Positions 22,566 to 35,712 of a DNA stretch of 64,000 nucleotides are shown here, piece after piece. How positions within the stretch are numbered: position 1 is the first letter of the stretch; every line of letters starts with the position of its first letter. The position numbers were made by a program, and so were the translations under genes. Source of the stretch: Nemertoderma westbladi (lineage: Eukaryota > Animalia > Xenacoelomorpha); the NCBI GenBank assembly GCA_032718475.1, contig JAUCBJ010004144.1, forward strand, positions 144,355 to 208,354, read 5' to 3'. The notes under the pieces are model-generated. The model did no database searches. It saw nothing but the letters and a program-made list of their open reading frames with translations, and had not been told where the DNA came from.

Positions 22566-23726
22566 ATGGCGGAGAAGATGTATAAAGAGTTACGTCAAGG
22601 GTTTACGCAAGAACAAGAGCACCAGGCGCCATTCAATCGTTATGGAGCTAAAAACTTTAGTGTGTTTGGAGTTTAGAGTATGGCTAGGAGTACGGCCAAG
22701 CTCGCTAAATCCAAGGCGGACCCAAATGTTACGCGACAGCGGTTGGACGCATACAACAAAAGAACGGAGGAATTACGCGCGGAGTTCAATGCGTTATATC
22801 CCTACGATGCGTTATGCGACGCTAGCAACATTTGCGAGGATCCAGACACCGAAATACGCCGATTGTATCATACGCTGCAATATTTGACGGTAAACGAACC
22901 CTTACCTGCAGCTAGAGACGAATTTGAAGGAATGCATCTTTATAGACGCGCTCGAGGAGCGGATCCAGAGACCAAGGACGCGTTCTCCATATACAAACTG
23001 TTTTATAAATGTGGAGCGTGTATGCGCGAGCAAGACAACGCGATTCCTATGCGGTTGAACTCGGAGAACCCCGAGCCAATATTAGCGCGATGTTCATACC
23101 ACCAAAGTCTACGTTACCAAGAAGGCGGATACCCTTTAACAAATCCGTATCATTCATTTAAAATGAGTGGACCGAACGCGGGTGAGATCGTTATTTACGA
23201 ACCCAAATTAGTCGAACCAGACGTCTACAGCATGGTAGTGGACGAGTCTAATAAGTCGACACAAGAGAAACGGGAAGCTTTGAGCCTCTACAGGGCGTAC
23301 AAGGCGTACGAGAAAGGCGAGATCGAGGAGTTCGGAGGAAGGCTCGCGAGCCTACCATTCTATTGGATATCCCACGATCAAACCGAACCCAATGAGATGA
23401 CACCCGAGCTCTTCGATAGTATCACCTCTGCTCAGCGTTTGTCGCAGAGACTACAGATACCTCATGTCGAGATGACGCGAGAACCTCAGCCCCATTCTAC
23501 TGGAGCGATAGTACCGGTTGCGAGACCAACTAGTTTTCCTATTAGTATACCGACCCGGAAGGAGACAACTTACGAGATCCCTATAGTTGAACACCCGGAG
23601 ATCATCTCGAACCTGGATTTCCTCCCATCGGTTACCTTCGGTGATGTGTTAGAGTCAACCGAGTTGCGTAAAGTAATAGTTCAAAAAAATCGTACGCAAC
23701 GTGCCTCCCCATATCACGGACTTTAA
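22566..23726 (+). CDS. Accessory ORF2 of element A (unknown function, CxxC...CxxH); open from 22680, with an upstream in-frame ATG at 22566 separated by TAG 22674-22676
   Basis: 348-aa ORF with motifs DPDTEIRRLYHTLQYLT and YKCGAC...RCSYH, homologous to the post-pol ORFs of B and C. No signal peptide or transmembrane segment is visible. Confidence 0.8.
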
Positions 23727-24506
23727 GGAAGTGGATCGCGCGGGGACGGATATCGCACCTTGTATCTTGCGAGGATATCTGACGAAAACGATTCGATTAT
23801 GGATCGGAGTTGGAACGTTTGAAACCGACACCGATATCGCGACCAATTGGACCGGTAAACCTATTAGTTTCGATGATGAGAAGTCGATTGGGAGAATTTG
23901 GAACCCAGCCGACGATTTACTCGACGATTGGGACGTGACTAGCCGATCTCTGAATATTATATTTGGGTATTTATATTGGACATTATGTTTGAATGTTGGG
24001 TTTGGAGGAGCGAGATATGGAAGGAAGGCTTGCGAGCCTACCGTTAGCAATTAGTGCTCAGGAGAAGATATCCAGACCAGCAGGACGAACTATTTATATC
24101 GTCAGGAGGACATTATTTGGAAGTTATTAGCGCATTATGTTTATATTATATTTGAACTGATTTAATTTGGTGAAGGTTTATTATGTATATTTACAAAATA
24201 TAAAGATTTATTGAAAGAGTTACAATTATTTGTTCGATTTGTTTTGATTTATTTGTTCTAATTTGTTTAATTTGCTTACCTTGATAACCGAAAGCCTTTT
24301 TTTCGTATTTTAGGCACTAAAGTTAATTCGTAAATTTGTATTTGTATGTACGATCGATTGTATTTACGTCGTATCTGCAATATTAAGTATGCAATAATTA
24401 GATAGTGATTATATTTTATATTTTAGGCCCCACCAGTAGATTTAGAAGTAGTTTGTAAATATTTTATATTTCGATTGGTGAAAACAGTCTTACTTACTGT
24501 TTTCAT

Positions 24507-24513
24507 GGAGCGG
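24507..24513 (+). promoter_or_regulatory. Polypurine tract of element A (GGAGCGG)
   Basis: Directly precedes the TG of the 3' LTR; the same motif occurs in element B. Confidence 0.85.
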
Positions 24514-26806
24514 TGATGAATTATTTCACTATAAGGTAGCATTTGTAGTTTAACTTTAACGTAAAAACTTTTGAAAATCCGACGTATTTTGAGTAAGTTA
24601 TAGTAATGTAATATTGCCTATTCATATTGTACACATAAAACCCTTAGGTACTCTCGTGGCGTAGAGGTCAGATGGTTAAGGCGTTGGTTACATTACAGAT
24701 AGGTTACGAGTTCGAATCCCGGTCGGGAAATTTGTATTTTGAGGCCATTTATTTTCGTTTGGTGCTAATTAGTGGACCAATGAGAAGCGTACAACGTAGC
24801 GAATAATGAGCCAGGCCAATCATAGGGCATAAATTATCTTATTGCTCAAATGTGAGGCAGTGGAAAATTCTGCTAGGATTCCATGTCCCAGATTAGTGTA
24901 AGGGCCGGATTACGTTGAACGATGAGCTGGGCCAATCATAGGGCACAAAGCACTTTATTGCTCAAATACGAAGCTGTGGAAAATTCTGTTTAGTTTCCAT
25001 GTGCGATATTTAGTATAAAAAGGCCGGTTTGCCTTCGGTTATTATTCTTCTACACACACTTAATGTTAGATTCAGATTCTCTTAGTAATTGTGATCTCTC
25101 TCTCTCTGTTAGTTTATTTCGGTTTCTTGTTGAAACTTTGTTTGATAAATCATTTTGTAAAACTGTAAATATACTGCAAATTCCTGAACGTGTTTTTTCT
25201 TTGGTCCAACTTGGGACAGCCAAACATCAGGAGGATGGCAGCCTAGACCGTTAGGCCGTAAGCAACGCAGGGAAGAGATGTCCACAACACGCTAGCGCCC
25301 ACATTGGATAGACCGCGCACCCCCCTTTGCCCTTCGAAATACTCGACTTGCCATGCAGCGCCGCTTTGTGAGAAAGGTAAGACTTTGTTCGACGCCCTTG
25401 CCCGCCGTAAGACCTATAGATCAGGGTAAGCGTGACGCCGTCCTGGACGCCGCAAATTTAGGATCAAATAATTATATTCAGACAGAAACACCCCCCCCCC
25501 CCCTTTGTCATGTCCTACGAACCCCTGGGTTAACCTGTACTTCCTACAGGTAGGCTACGAACTATTGCCATTCGTCAGTATGCGAGTACATATTAGGTAC
25601 GGACAGCATATGTTCCATAATTTAGTGATTCGTAGTACTGACTGTTTGGTACCGGTTCGCTTTGTAGAACGTACATTAGTACCCCCCCCCCCCTGTCTGG
25701 AGTTAGCTATTTGATCAGGCAAGGAGTATTTCTGCTACCGGCACACTGCTTGGCCTAGGGAGGTTTATTAATATCCTACCGCGCCTTGCCACGTACTGAT
25801 AGGTATTGCTGCTAACTACCGCAGCAACAAAATTCTAGAATTAAATTAGTATACCAGATCAGCTAACGTACGGTAGCGATTAACCCCTATTTCTTATCTT
25901 ACAACCAGAATCTGGTATTAGTGCCGATCACGGGTGTAGTTACTAACACCTTGGTTGCCCATTGGGTTGTGGATAGGAAGGAGAGAGCTTTGACGTCATT
26001 TGTGAGTATAAAGTTCTACAAAACGCGACTAGTTTATTTTAGTAGCTAGCGCACGGTATCATTTTAGTCAGAAAATCACTAAAACCTAGTAAAGGAATTA
26101 CACGAAATTGTTTTATTTGTAACACACCCACACGCCCTAAAACATACTGCCCTTAGAGTTCTACTAGCTATAGCGCACTATACATTATTTTAGGTAGAAG
26201 TTATCTGTATTTGTAAAATTAGGATCTGATATTTAGTTGCGGCAATAAGGAGTATTTCACTTTCGTTATTAAACTGTTGTTTTCTGTCCAGCAGTATTGT
26301 TACATTTAGGCCTGACCCTTTAGACTGATTTCGTACAGGGGGATCAGTTATTGTTACATTTAGGCACGACCCCTTTTCGACTGATTTAGGACAGTCAGTG
26401 TTGTTACGCTAGGTCTGTTAACCCACTAGCTCGTATATAAACCATATAAATCACACCGCGGCAAGTTACTGTATTTAGGACTGTCAGTGATAGTTAGGAT
26501 TCGCTGCACGGGGATTGTTTTCCCGTGAGTTTGGTCTGTTACTGTAACTGTACATCTGCCTCACCGGTTAGAGGACAGGTATCCTTTTGTCTAGTACGTA
26601 GGCATTAGACTCGCTCACGTACATAGAATAGATACTAGGCTCTGTTCCTCGCCAGTAGTCGTTTGTGTACTGTATCTGTTCATTTAGATATCCTGGACTG
26701 GGATTTGTTATCAGATACTGTACGAGCCCGTATACATTACTAGAGTCTCATAGTAAGATACATCGTTACTAGGATCTGGTAAGCGGTATACTACTGGACC
26801 CTTACA
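24514..26806 (+). repeat. 3' LTR of element A (2293 bp)
   Basis: TGATGAATT...CCCTTACA; direct repeat of 9693-11994, followed by TSD GAATT. Confidence 0.97.
24652..24728 (+). ncRNA. tRNA-like Pol III cassette, copy in the 3' LTR
   Basis: Identical to 9831-9907. Confidence 0.7.
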
Positions 26807-29800
26807 GAATTATTGTATCACATATTAACTTCGGCTCCAGCCGCTTTGGCAACACGATGAAACTATAATTAATATTATAGAACACAACAATATTAACAGG
26901 GAGATATGCTACTTATCTCTTCATTCTGAGAGCCTCAAAAAGGGGGTGTTCTGACACAATCAAAATGCATCCATCTCCAGGGGAAAGACGAAGCAAAGAA
27001 CAGCTGATTACTTCTATAAATGTAAGTGTTACCTGCTCTTTTGACTTTCATTTAATATTGTCTATCTCTTGGAGTGGGTTAGAAGTCATGAATATGAAAA
27101 TCGATGTCGTTTTTTGTAAAAAATCAGAGGAGATTTTAATAAATTAATGCTGAAAAACACCAAGGATTTTGACATGGCTTTAATACTCATTATATTCATG
27201 AAATAGCTGAGAAATTTGAGGTGAATTATTGTATCACATATTAACTTCAGCTCCAGCCGCTTTGGCAATACGATGAAACTATAATAAATATTCTAGAACA
27301 CAACAATATTAACAGGGAGATAGGCTACTTATATCTTCACTCTGAGAGCCTCAAAAAGGGGGTGTTCCGACGCAATCAAAATGCATCCATCTCCAGGGGA
27401 AAGACGAAGCAAAGAACAGCTGATTACTTCTATAAATGTAAGTGTTACCTGCTCTTTTGACTTCCATTTAAGATTGTCTATCTCTTGGAGTGGGTTAGAA
27501 GTCATGAATATGAAAATCGATGTCGTTTTTTGAAAAAAATCAGAGGAGATTTTAATAAATTATTGCTGAAAAACACCAAGGATTTTGACATGGCTTTAAT
27601 ACTCATTATATTCATGAAATAGCTGAGAAATTTGAGGTGAATTATTGTATCACATATTAAGTTCGGCTCCAGCCGCTTTGGCAATACGATGAAACTATAA
27701 TACATATTCTAGAACACAACAATATTAACAGGGAGATAGGCTACTTATATCTTCACTCTGAGAGCCTCAAAAAGGGGGTGTTCCGACGCAATCAAAATTC
27801 ATCCATCTCCAGGGGAAAGACGAAGCAAAGAACAGCTGATTACTTCTATAAATGTAAGTGTTACCTGCTCTTTTGACTTTCATTTAAGATTGTCTATCTC
27901 TTGGAGTGGATTAGAAGTCATGAATATGAAAATCGATGTCGTTTTTTGTAAAAAATCAGAGGAGATTTTAATAAATTATTGCTGAAAAACACCAAGGATT
28001 TTATACTCATTATATTCATGAACTATTTGAGATATTTAATACGATGAAACTATAATAAATATTCTAGAACATAACAATATTAACAGGGAGATAGGCTACT
28101 TATATCTTCACTCTGAGAGCCACAGATAGGGGGTGTTCCGACGCAATCAAAATTAATCCATCTCCTGGAGAAAGACGAAGCAAATAACAGCTGATTACTT
28201 CTATAAATGTAAGTGTTACCTGTTCTTATGACTTTCGTTTAAGATTCTCTATCTCGTGGAGTGGGTTAGAAGTTATAAATATGAAAATCGATGTCGTTTT
28301 TTGTAAAAAATCAGAGGAGATTTTAATAAATTAATGCTGAAAAACACCAAGGATTTTGACATGGCTTTAATACTCATTATATTCATGAAATAGCTGAGAA
28401 ATTTGAGGTGAATTATTGTATCACATATTAACTTCGGCTCCAGCCGCTTTGGCAATACGATGAAACTATATTAAATATTCTAGAACACAACAATATTAAC
28501 AGGGAGATAGGCTACTTATATCTTCACTCTGAGAGCCTCAAAAAGGGGGTGTTCCGACGCAATCAAATTCATCCATCTCCAGGGGAAAGACGAAGCAAAG
28601 AACAGCTTATTACTTCTATAAATGTAAGTGTTACCTGCTCTTTTGACTTTCATTTAAGATTCTCTATCTCATGGAGTGGGTTAGAAGTTATAAATATGAA
28701 AATCGAGGTGGTTTTTGAAAAAAATCAGAGGATATTTTGATAAATTATTGCTGAAAAACCCCTAGGATTTTGACATGGCTTTAATACTCATTATATTCAT
28801 GAAATAGCTGAAAAATTTGAGGTGAATTATTGTATCACATATTAACTTCGGCTCCAGCCGCTTTGGCAACACGATGAAACTATAATTAATATTATAGAAC
28901 ACAACAATATTAACAGGGAGATATGCTACTTATCTCTTCACTCTGAGAGCCTCAAAAAGGGGGTGTTCTGACACAATCAAAATTCATCCATCTCCAGGGG
29001 AAAGACGAAGCAAAGAACAGCTGATTACTTCTATAAATGTAAGTGTTACCTGCTCTTTTGACTTTCATTTAAGATTGTCTATCTCTTGGAGTGGGTTAGA
29101 AGTCATGAATATGAAAATCGATGTCGTTTTTTGTAAAAAATCAGAGGAGATTTTAATAAATTAATGCTGAAAAACACCAAGGATTTTGACATGGCTTTAA
29201 TACTCATTATATTCATGAAATAGCTGAGAAATTTGAGGTGAATTATTGTATCACATATTAACTTCGGCTCCAGCCGCTTTGGCAATACGATGAAACTATA
29301 ATAAATATTCTAGAACACAACAATATTAACAGGGAGATAGGCTACTTATATCTTCACTCTGAGAGCCTCAAAAAGGGGGTGTTCCGACGCAATCAAAATG
29401 CATCCATCTCCAGGGGAAAGACGAAGCAAAGAACAGCTGATTACTTCTATAAATGTAAGTGTTACCTGCTCTTTTGACTTTCATTTAAGATTGTCTATCT
29501 CTTGGAGTGGGTTAGAAGTCATGAATATGAAAATCGATGTCGTTTTTTGAAAAAAATCAGAGGAGATTTTAATAAATTATTGCTGAAAAACACCAAGGAT
29601 TTTGACATGGCTTTAATACTCATTATATTCATGAAATAGCTGAGAAATTTGAGGTGAATTATTGTATCACATATTAACTTCGGCTCCAGCCGCTTTGGCA
29701 ATACGATGAAACTATAATACATATTCTAGAACACAACAATATTAACAGGGAGATAGGCTACTTATATCTTCACTCTGAGAGCCTCAAAAAGGGGGTGTTC

Positions 29801-32800
29801 CGACGCAATCAAAATTCATCCATCTCCAGGGGAAAGACGAAGCAAAGAACAGCTGATTACTTCTATAAATGTAAGTGTTACCTGCTCTTTTGACTTTCAT
29901 TTAAGATTGTCTATCTCTTGGAGTGGATTAGAAGTCATGAATATGAAAATCGATGTCGTTTTTTGTAAAAAATCAGAGGAGATTTTAATAAATTATTGCT
30001 GAAAAACACCAAGGATTTTATACTCATTATATTCATGAACTATTTGAGATATTTAATACGATGAAACTATAATAAATATTCTAGAACACAACAATATTAA
30101 CAGGGAGATAGGCTACTTATATCTTCACTCTGAGAGCCACAGATAGGGGGTGTTCCGACGCAATCAAAATTAATCCATCTCCTGGAGAAAGACGAAGCAA
30201 ATAACAGCTGATTACTTCTATAAATGTAAGTGTTACCTGTTCTTATGACTTTCGTTTAAGATTCTCTATCTCGTGGAGTGGGTTAGAAGTTATAAATATG
30301 AAAATCGATGTCGTTTTTTGTAAAAAATCAGAGGAGATTTTAATAAATTAATGCTGAAAAACACCAAGGATTTTGACATGGCTTTAATACTCATTATATT
30401 CATGAAATAGCTGAGAAATTTGAGGTGAATTATTGTATCACATATTAACTTCGGCTCCAGCCGCTTTGGCAATACGATGAAACTATAATAAATATTCTAG
30501 AACACAACAATATTAACAGGGAGATAGGCTACTTATATATTCACTCTGAGAGCCTCAAAAAGGGGGTGTTTCGACGCAATCAAATTCATCCATCTCCAGG
30601 GGAAAGACGAAGCAAAGAACAGCTGATTACTTCTATAAATGTAAGTGTTACCTGCTCTTTTGACTTTCATTTAAGATTGTCTATCTCTTGGAGTGGGTTA
30701 GAAGTCATGAATATGAAAATCGATGTCGTTTTTTGAAAAAAATCAGAGGAGATTTTAATAAATTATTGCTGAAAAACACCAAGGATTTTGACATGGCTTT
30801 AATACTCATTATATTCATGAAATAGCTGAGAAATTTGAGGTGAATTATTGTATTACATAATAACTTTGGCTCCAGCCGCTTTGGCAATACGATGAAACTA
30901 TAATAAATATTCTAGAACACAACAATATTAACAGGAAGATAGGCTACTTATCTCTCCACTCTGAGAGCCTCAGAAAGGGGGTGTTCCGACGCAATCAAAA
31001 TTCATCCATCTCCTGGGGAAAGACGAAGCAAATTACAGCTGATTACTTCTATAAATGTAAGTGTTACCTGTTCTAATGACTTTCGTTTAAGATTGTCTAT
31101 CTCTTGGAGTGGGTTAGAAGTCATGAATATGAAAATCGATGTCGTTTTTTGTAAAAAATCAGAGGAGATTTTAATAAATTATTGCTGAAAAACACCAAGG
31201 ATTTTGACATGGCTTTAATACTTCATTATGTTCATGAAATAGCTGAGATACTTGAGGTGAATTGTTGCATTATATATTAACTTCAGCTCCAGTCTCTTTG
31301 GCAATACGATGAAACTATAATAAATATTCTAGAACACAATAATATTAACAGGGAGATAGGCTACTTATCTCTTCACTGTGTTACCAGTGTTACCTGTTCT
31401 TTTGACTTTCATTTAGGATTATCTATCTCCATGGAGTGGGTTAGAAGTTATAAATATGAAAATCGACGTGGTTTTTGAAAAAAATCAGAGGATATTTTGA
31501 TAAATTATTGCTGAAAAACCCCTAGGATTTTGACATGGCTTTAATACTCATTATATTCATGAAATAGCTGAAAAATTTGAGGTGAATTATTGTATCACAT
31601 ATTAACTTCGGCTCCAGCCGCTTTGGCAACACGATGAAACTATAATTAATATTATAGAACACAACAATATTAACAGGGAGATATGCTACTTATCTCTTCA
31701 CTCTGAGAGCCTCAAAAAGGGGGTGTTCTGACACAATCAAAATTCATCCATCTCCAGGGGAAAGACGAAGCAAAGAACAGCTGATTACTTCTATAAATGT
31801 AAGTGTTACCTGCTCTTTTGACTTCCATTTAAGATTGTCTATCTCTTGGAGTGGCTTAGAAGTCATGAATATGAAAATCGATGTCGTTTTTTGAAAAAAA
31901 TCAGAGGAGATTTTAATAAATTATTGCTGAAAAACACCAAGGATTTTGACATGGCTTTAATACTCATTATATTCATGAAATAGCTGAGAAATTTGAGGTG
32001 AATTATTGTATCACATATTAACTTCGGCTCCAGCCGCTTTGGCAATACGATGAAACTATAATAAATATTCTAGAACACAACAATATTAACAGGGAGATAG
32101 GCTACTTATATCTTCACTCTGAGAGCCTCAAAAAGGGGGTGTTCCGACGCAATCAAATTCATCCATCTCCAGGGGAAAGACGAAGCAAAGAACAGCTGAT
32201 TACTTCTATAAATGTAAGTGTTACCTGCTCTTTTGACTTTCATTTAAGATTGTCTATCTCTTGGAGTGGGTTAGAAGTCATGAATATGAAAATCGATGTC
32301 GTTTTTTGAAAAAAATCAGAGGAGATTTTAATAAATTATTGCTGAAAAACACCAAGGATTTTGACATGGCTTTAATACTCATTATATTCATGAAATAGCT
32401 GAGAAATTTGAGGTGAATTATTGTATTACATAATAACTTTGGCTCCAGCCGCTTTGGCAATACGATGAAACTATAATAAATATTCTAGAACACAACAATA
32501 TTAACAGGGAGATAGGCTACTTATATCTTCACTCTGAGAGCCTCAGAAAGGGGGTGTTCCGACGCAATCAAAATTCATCCATCTCCTGGGGAAAGACGAA
32601 GCAAATAACAGCTGATTACTTCTATAAATGTAAGTGTTACCTGTTCTTATGACTTTCGTTTAAGATTCTCTATCTCGTGGAGTGGGTTAGAAGTTATAAA
32701 TATGAAAATCGATGTCGTTTTTTGTAAAAAATCAGAGGAGATTTTAATAAATTATTGCTGAAAAACACCAAGGATTTTGACATGGCTTTAATACTCATTA

Positions 32801-33621
32801 TATTCATGAAATAGCTGAGATATTTGAGGTGAATTATTGTATCACATATTAACTTCGGCTCCAGCCCCTTTGGCAATACGATGAAACTATATTAAATATT
32901 CTAGAACACAACAATATTAACAGGGAGATAGGCTACTTATATCTTCACTCTGAGAGCCTCAAAAAGGGGGTGTTCCGACGCAATCAAATTCATCCATCTC
33001 CAGGGGAAAGACGAAGCAAAGAACAGCTTATTACTTCTATAAATGTAAGTGTTACCTGCTCTTTTGACTTTCATTTAAGATTCTCTATCTCATGGAGTGG
33101 GTTAGAAGTTATAAATATGAAAATCGAGGTGGTTTTTGAAAAAAATCAGAGGATATTTTGATAAATTATTGCTGAAAAACCCCTAGGATTTTGACATGGC
33201 TTTAATACTCATTATATTCATGAAATAGCTGAAAAATTTGAGGTGAATTATTGTATCACATATTAACTTCGGCTCCAGCCGCTTTGGCAACACGATGAAA
33301 CTATAATTAATATTATAGAACACAACAATATTAACAGGGAGATATGCTACTTATCTCTTCATTCTGAGAGCCTCAAAAAGGGGGTGTTCTGACACAATCA
33401 AAATGCATCCATCTCCAGGGGAAAGACGAAGCAAAGAACAGCTGATTACTTCTATAAATGTAAGTGTTACCTGCTCTTTTGACTTTCATTTAATATTGTC
33501 TATCTCTTGGAGTGGCTTAGAAGTCATGAATATGAAAATCGATGTCGTTTTTTGTAAAAAATCAGAGGAGATTTTAATAAATTAATGCTGAAAAACACCA
33601 AGGATTTTGACATGGGTTTAA
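26807..33621. repeat. Continuation of the ~415-bp satellite array (~16-17 monomers)
   Basis: Same monomer. Deletion variants end at 28039 and 30056, and a different internal deletion lies near 31377. Confidence 0.98.
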
Positions 33622-34738
33622 ACGAAGTCATAAGAACAGGTAACACTTACATTTATAGAAGTAATCAGCTGTTATTTGCATCGTCTTTCCCCAGGAGATG
33701 GATGAATTTTGATTGCGTCGGAACACCCCCTTTCTGAGGCTCTCAGAGTGGAGAGATAAGTAGCCTATCTCCCTGTTAATATTGTTGTGTTCTAGAATAT
33801 TTATTATAGTTTCATCGTATTGCCAAAGCGGCTGGAGCCAAAGTTAATATGTAATGCAATAATTCCCCTCAAATATCTCAGCTAGTTCATGAATATAATG
33901 AGTATAAAATCCTTGTCAAAATCCTTGGTGTTTTTCAGCAATAATTTATTAAAATCTCCTCTGATTTTTTACAAAAAACGACATCGATTTTCATATTCAT
34001 GACTTCTAACCCACTCCAAGAGATAGACAATCTTAAACGAAAGTCAAAAGAACAGGTAACACTTACATTTATAGAAGTAATCAGCTATTCTTTGCTTCGC
34101 CTTTCCCCTGGAGATGGATGAATTTTTATGGCGTCGGAACACCCCCGTTTTGAGGCTCTCAGAGTGAAGATATAAGTAGCCTATCTCCCTGTTAATATTG
34201 TTGTGTTCTAGAATATTTATTATAGTTTCATCGTATTGCCAAAGCGGCTGGAGCCGAAGTTAATATGTGATACAATAATTCACCTCAAATTTCTCAGCTA
34301 TTTCATGAATATAATGAAGTATTAAAGCCATGTCAAAATCCTTGGTGTTTTTCAGCAATAATTAATCATAATATCCTTTGATTTTTTTCAAAAACCACAT
34401 CGATTTTCATATTCATGACTTCTATCCCAGTCCACAAGATAACGAATCTTAAACGAAAGTCAAAAAACAGGTAACACTTACATTTATAGAAGTAATCAGC
34501 TGTTATTTGCTTCGTCTTTCCCCAGGAGATGGATGAATTTTTATTGCGTCGGAACACCCCCGTTTTGAGGCTCTCAGAGTGAAGATATAAGTAGCCTATC
34601 TCCCTGTTAATATTGTTGTGTTCTAGAATATTTATTATAGTTTCATCGTATTGCCAAAGCGGCTGGAGCCGATGTTAATATGTGATACAATAATTCACCT
34701 CAAATTTCGTAGCTATTTCATGAATATAATGAGTATTA
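33618..34738 (-). repeat. Inverted block of the same satellite (~2.7 more diverged monomers)
   Basis: Reverse complement of the monomer (e.g. gtttcatcgtattgccaaagcggctggagcc); orientation switches at TTAA 33618-33621. Confidence 0.95.
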
Positions 34739-34779
34739 GGTATTAGTAGGTATTAGTATTATAATAATAGGTATTAGTA

Positions 34780-35712
34780 CCGGGCTATAAAATGTTGTAC
34801 AAATACCGGGAAGGGGCCATATTGACCCCCCCCCCCCCCTCTAAAATCTACAAATAATTACGAAAAAACGTCTGATTTTTTGTTTGTACGTAGGTATCAC
34901 TTGTCTGGATCCGACCAAAAAAAAAATTTCCGAAAAAATGTAGTGGGGTGGTTATATTGCAGCACCAAAATTACAAGTAGTGCACAATTTTCACAAAATT
35001 TGAAAGTTACATTTTAGGCTAATTATTTTTCAATACAGGTTTTCTAGGGTGCAAAATACATTGGAAAATATTTAAAAAATGATATGATTACTATAAATGG
35101 CTGTTTAGTCCTCTCTGCGTAAGAAAAAAATGAAAAAAACAAGTAACCAGCACTTTTCAGATAGAACTCAAAATGTTTAATTCACTTATACGATGCTATA
35201 AGTTCACATTTTCAGGTTTTCGAGAGCGCTGATTCTAATGGAATACATTTCTAATATGCCAGATCATTGCTACTTGTATTTTTCGGCGTAATTTGGCAAA
35301 TTTCGGTGCTAGCACCTAATTTCGTACCCATCACCAAAAAGTACATGTTTGCGAAGTCCAGTGCTGTTTTTATTGATTCCATCGGATTCAGGACCCTCAT
35401 AAACCCGTATAACGCAAGAAACAAGGTGATACTATCAACTTATCAATTTGCATGTTTTCCAAAATTTGGTGCTGGCACAACAATTTTCACCCACCAGCGA
35501 AAAATACAAGTTTGAGAACTTTTATGAAATTTTTACTGATTCCATTGAATTCAGAACCATCACAAACCCGTATAACGCAAGAAACAAGGTGACACAATCA
35601 ATTGATATATTTGATGGTTTTCAAAATTTGGTGCTAGCACCACATTTTGCACCCACATCCGAAAAATACAAGTTTGAGATGTCTAGTTCGATAATTATAT
35701 TTTCCATTGAAT
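34780..35712. mobile_element. Probable non-autonomous DNA-transposon/MITE fragment with ~163-bp internal tandem repeats (35300-35712)
   Basis: Subterminal-type GGGGCCATATTGACCCCCC motif; ggtgct(a/g)gcac recurs at about 35305, 35468 and 35630. No partner TIR or TSD is visible. Confidence 0.4.

Larger units (their letters stand above)
9693..26806 (+). mobile_element. Full-length BEL/Pao LTR retrotransposon (element A, 17.1 kb) inserted in the satellite
   Basis: TG...CA LTRs at both ends. A 5-bp TSD GAATT lies at 9688-9692 and 26807-26811, and removing the insert restores the satellite (gaggtGAATTattgtatc). Gag-PR-RT-RH-IN order with BEL-type motifs; PPT GGAGCGG. Confidence 0.97.

Noticed and set aside
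22680-23726. env gene
   Set aside because: No signal peptide, transmembrane helix or fusion-protein-like cysteine pattern is visible.
23701-24054. Third ORF in element A
   Set aside because: GTG start, short, and no similarity to B or C seen; it could be a frameshifted tail of ORF2 but this is unsupported.
234-34557. Dozens of 60-70 aa ORFs (MPKRLEPK..., MHPSPGERR...)
   Set aside because: They are chance frames of the satellite monomer, mostly with non-ATG starts, and are broken by monomer indels.
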